Source: an uncultured virus (IMG/VR IMGVR_UViG_2634166398_000002) | Taxonomy: Duplodnaviria; Heunggongvirae; Uroviricota; Caudoviricetes | Virus record (IMG/VR): IMGVR_UViG_2634166398_000002 | Length of the DNA: 64,000 bases | Reading direction: 5' to 3' (one strand) | Shown here: piece after piece, positions 62,466 through 64,000 of the stretch | How the letters are laid out: the number at the start of each line of letters is the position of its first letter | Numbering within the stretch: position 1 is the stretch's first letter | Notes under the pieces: generated by a model | What the model saw: only the letters and a program-made list of their open reading frames with translations | Database searches by the model: none | Told to the model about the DNA's origin: nothing | Position numbers and translations under genes: made by a program

Positions 62466-63524
62466 TCACTTGTTCAAAAACATTTTAAGTTTACTCTGTA
62501 TATACATGTCTGATTTTAAAAAGAATTCTTTATATTGCTCTAAGGTAACATCATCTAAAAAGGACATGTCTTCTTTTTGATCAACCAAAACCCCTGGATC
62601 TTGAGAATAATCCCTTTCATTGTTTAAATAATGATCATTCAAAACATTGATATTGCTGTGACCAGAGAACGCTGCCACTTTTTTAATATCACCATTAACG
62701 CTGTAAGAAAAGTTTGTTGCAGTATTGCGTAAACTATGCGGAGTTATCTTTCTTTCTTTGGGAATACCCATAACTCTACATACGCGATTCCACATATCCT
62801 GTATTGAATCAACTGTTAACTTATGAAATAACAGTTCATGTTCCCCATACTCTTGCTTTAACAGCAACAACTCTTCATAAAAAGCTGTGGAAATTCCAAC
62901 TGGCCTAGCCTTTTTTTGCTTAGTTTTTTTAAAGTTGACGAGATAACATTGATGCTTTTCTGAATAAGTAATATCATCCCACCCAACTCTAAGCACCTCT
63001 GATTTACGCCCTCCAGTACGTGCACTAAACAAAATAAACATCTTTTTCATTAATCTGTTCTGACGCTCAGTAACATACGCTGCTTCAGCAAATTCATCAG
63101 CTTCCGATATTCCTTCAAAAGAGCCTGCTGGATTCTTTTCTGTTGGAAGAGGCCTAAAATTAAATACAGATGCATCACACTCATGTTCAGATTCAAGATA
63201 CTTAATCATACTTTTCAGTGCGGCAATCTTGTTGTTAATTGTTGAATTGGAGTTACTTTTATTTTTAGCCAAATGGGTTCGATAATCATACAGGTCACTC
63301 TTCTTGATCGCCAGGTCACTCTCAGTTAAATATTCAATATCCTTGGCAGCATAGTGGTTGAAAAATTCTCTTATATGCCTTTCATACGTGGCTCTAGTAT
63401 TAGACTTTTCAATTTCTCCAGTTTTTTGATCCCTGTTTCTTAAATCTAATTCATCAAACCACCTATTTATGTTGTTGAATATTGAATAATCCCTTAGTGT
63501 TGACGCTTTCTTTTGAGCTTCCAT
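62466..63524 (-). CDS. yopP: Tyrosine recombinase/integrase-family protein
   Basis: TGGRKSE (R), KTK (K), HSLR, GHS and HY all present. Confidence 0.85.
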   Translation of the reverse strand: MEAQKKASTLRDYSIFNNINRWFDELDLRNRDQKTGEIEKSNTRATYERHIREFFNHYAAKDIEYLTESDLAIKKSDLYDYRTHLAKNKSNSNSTINNKIAALKSMIKYLESEHECDASVFNFRPLPTEKNPAGSFEGISEADEFAEAAYVTERQNRLMKKMFILFSARTGGRKSEVLRVGWDDITYSEKHQCYLVNFKKTKQKKARPVGISTAFYEELLLLKQEYGEHELLFHKLTVDSIQDMWNRVCRVMGIPKERKITPHSLRNTATNFSYSVNGDIKKVAAFSGHSNINVLNDHYLNNERDYSQDPGVLVDQKEDMSFLDDVTLEQYKEFFLKSDMYIQSKLKMFLNK

Positions 63525-63533
63525 AATGACACC

Positions 63534-63698
63534 TCATATCATTTTTTTCATTAAGTATTGATCAAATTCTTTCCACGCAACAATCCATTCGTTTTCACCG
63601 TGATTATTACTCAGCAGCATTATATTGGCGTTACAGATTTCCATTTGAGTTAACATGTCGTATTCTTTAAGAGCGTTAATTAAGATGTCTGTATTCAT
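63534..63698 (-). CDS. 54-aa repressor-operon protein
   Basis: MNTDILINALKEYDMLTQMEICNANIMLLSNNHGENEWIVAWKEFDQYLMKKMI; AGGTG RBS; not in the ORF track. Confidence 0.6.
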   Translation of the reverse strand: MNTDILINALKEYDMLTQMEICNANIMLLSNNHGENEWIVAWKEFDQYLMKKMI

Positions 63699-63736
63699 TT
63701 TATCACACCTAATTTATTTTTATCCTATAATAAAAT

Positions 63737-63967
63737 TCAGCTTAGGACATTTACCCTCTCGTCCAAACAGACGTTTATAATTGGCATCCCCGTCAATTCC
63801 TCATAAAGCTCCTCTTCGAACCCAACCCATTCATCACTTGTTGCTTCTCTTCGTAAGAACTCATTATAAGCAACTGCTATCTCAGGTTGCTCTAGAAATT
63901 TTAAAACGATCATATGCTTTTTCCAAACTTTAGCCTTGTTTTCTTCTGTGTAATATTTATTATTCAT
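63737..63967 (-). CDS. 76-aa repressor-operon protein
   Basis: AAGGAG RBS; upstream of yopP. Confidence 0.6.
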   Translation of the reverse strand: MNNKYYTEENKAKVWKKHMIVLKFLEQPEIAVAYNEFLRREATSDEWVGFEEELYEELTGMPIINVCLDERVNVLS

Positions 63968-64000
63968 TTAATTTTACTCCTTAAATGCATTTTATAGAAT

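Larger units (their letters stand above)
2206..63728 (-). repeat. Dispersed A-rich element AGARTAAAAATAAAAT (probable repressor operator / SPBRE-like)
   Basis: Copies near 2206, 10696, 10781, 25757, 26014, 26735, 40030, 40992, 41427, 51545, 58480, 58766, 59985, 63712; four abut -35 boxes. Confidence 0.7.
921..64000. mobile_element. SPbeta/phi3T-like prophage (early/replication half; continues beyond the window)
   Basis: Gene order yot-sspC-yos(nrd, dut)-yor(dnaE, recJ, primase, helicase)-yoq-yop(S,R,Q,P) follows SPbeta. Low GC. Begins inside pbuX. Confidence 0.95.

Noticed and set aside
1..64000. tRNA, rRNA, CRISPR array, IS element, arbitrium aimR/aimP, serine integrase
   Set aside because: None recognised in this window; aim genes and the integrase would be expected beyond the right edge

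Overview
The window begins with the 3' ~920 bp of a Bacillus (subtilis/velezensis-group) xanthine permease gene pbuX, which is cut at ~919-921 by a large SPbeta/phi3T-like prophage that fills the rest of the window (about 921-64000, nearly all genes on the minus strand). Readable modules are: prophage end (candidate 54-aa recombination directionality factor, yotM/RecU-like, yotL), sspC, a nucleotide-metabolism block (dfr, thyA, dUTPase, thioredoxin, nrdI-nrdE-nrdF with two HNH-carrying group I introns), the MazE-mimic yosL, a C5 DNA methyltransferase, the replication block (DnaE, RecJ, primase, helicase, AAA ATPase, SSB-like), yorA/yoqZ, SRAP + ATP-dependent ligase, a kinase-phosphatase-ligase RNA-repair protein, and the repressor operon yopP-yopQ-yopR plus yopS. 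The most striking unexplained structure is a 16-bp palindrome TAAAA-N6-TTTTA with a variable 6-bp core. I found it at about 23 gene boundaries in the variable small-gene regions and did not see it in the conserved replication or repressor blocks. It resembles tyrosine-recombinase core sites, and the phage carries an apparently catalytically complete tyrosine recombinase (YopP) with no known substrate, so an integron-like gene-cassette system is proposed as a hypothesis. All homology calls come from motif recognition and recalled synteny, not database searches.
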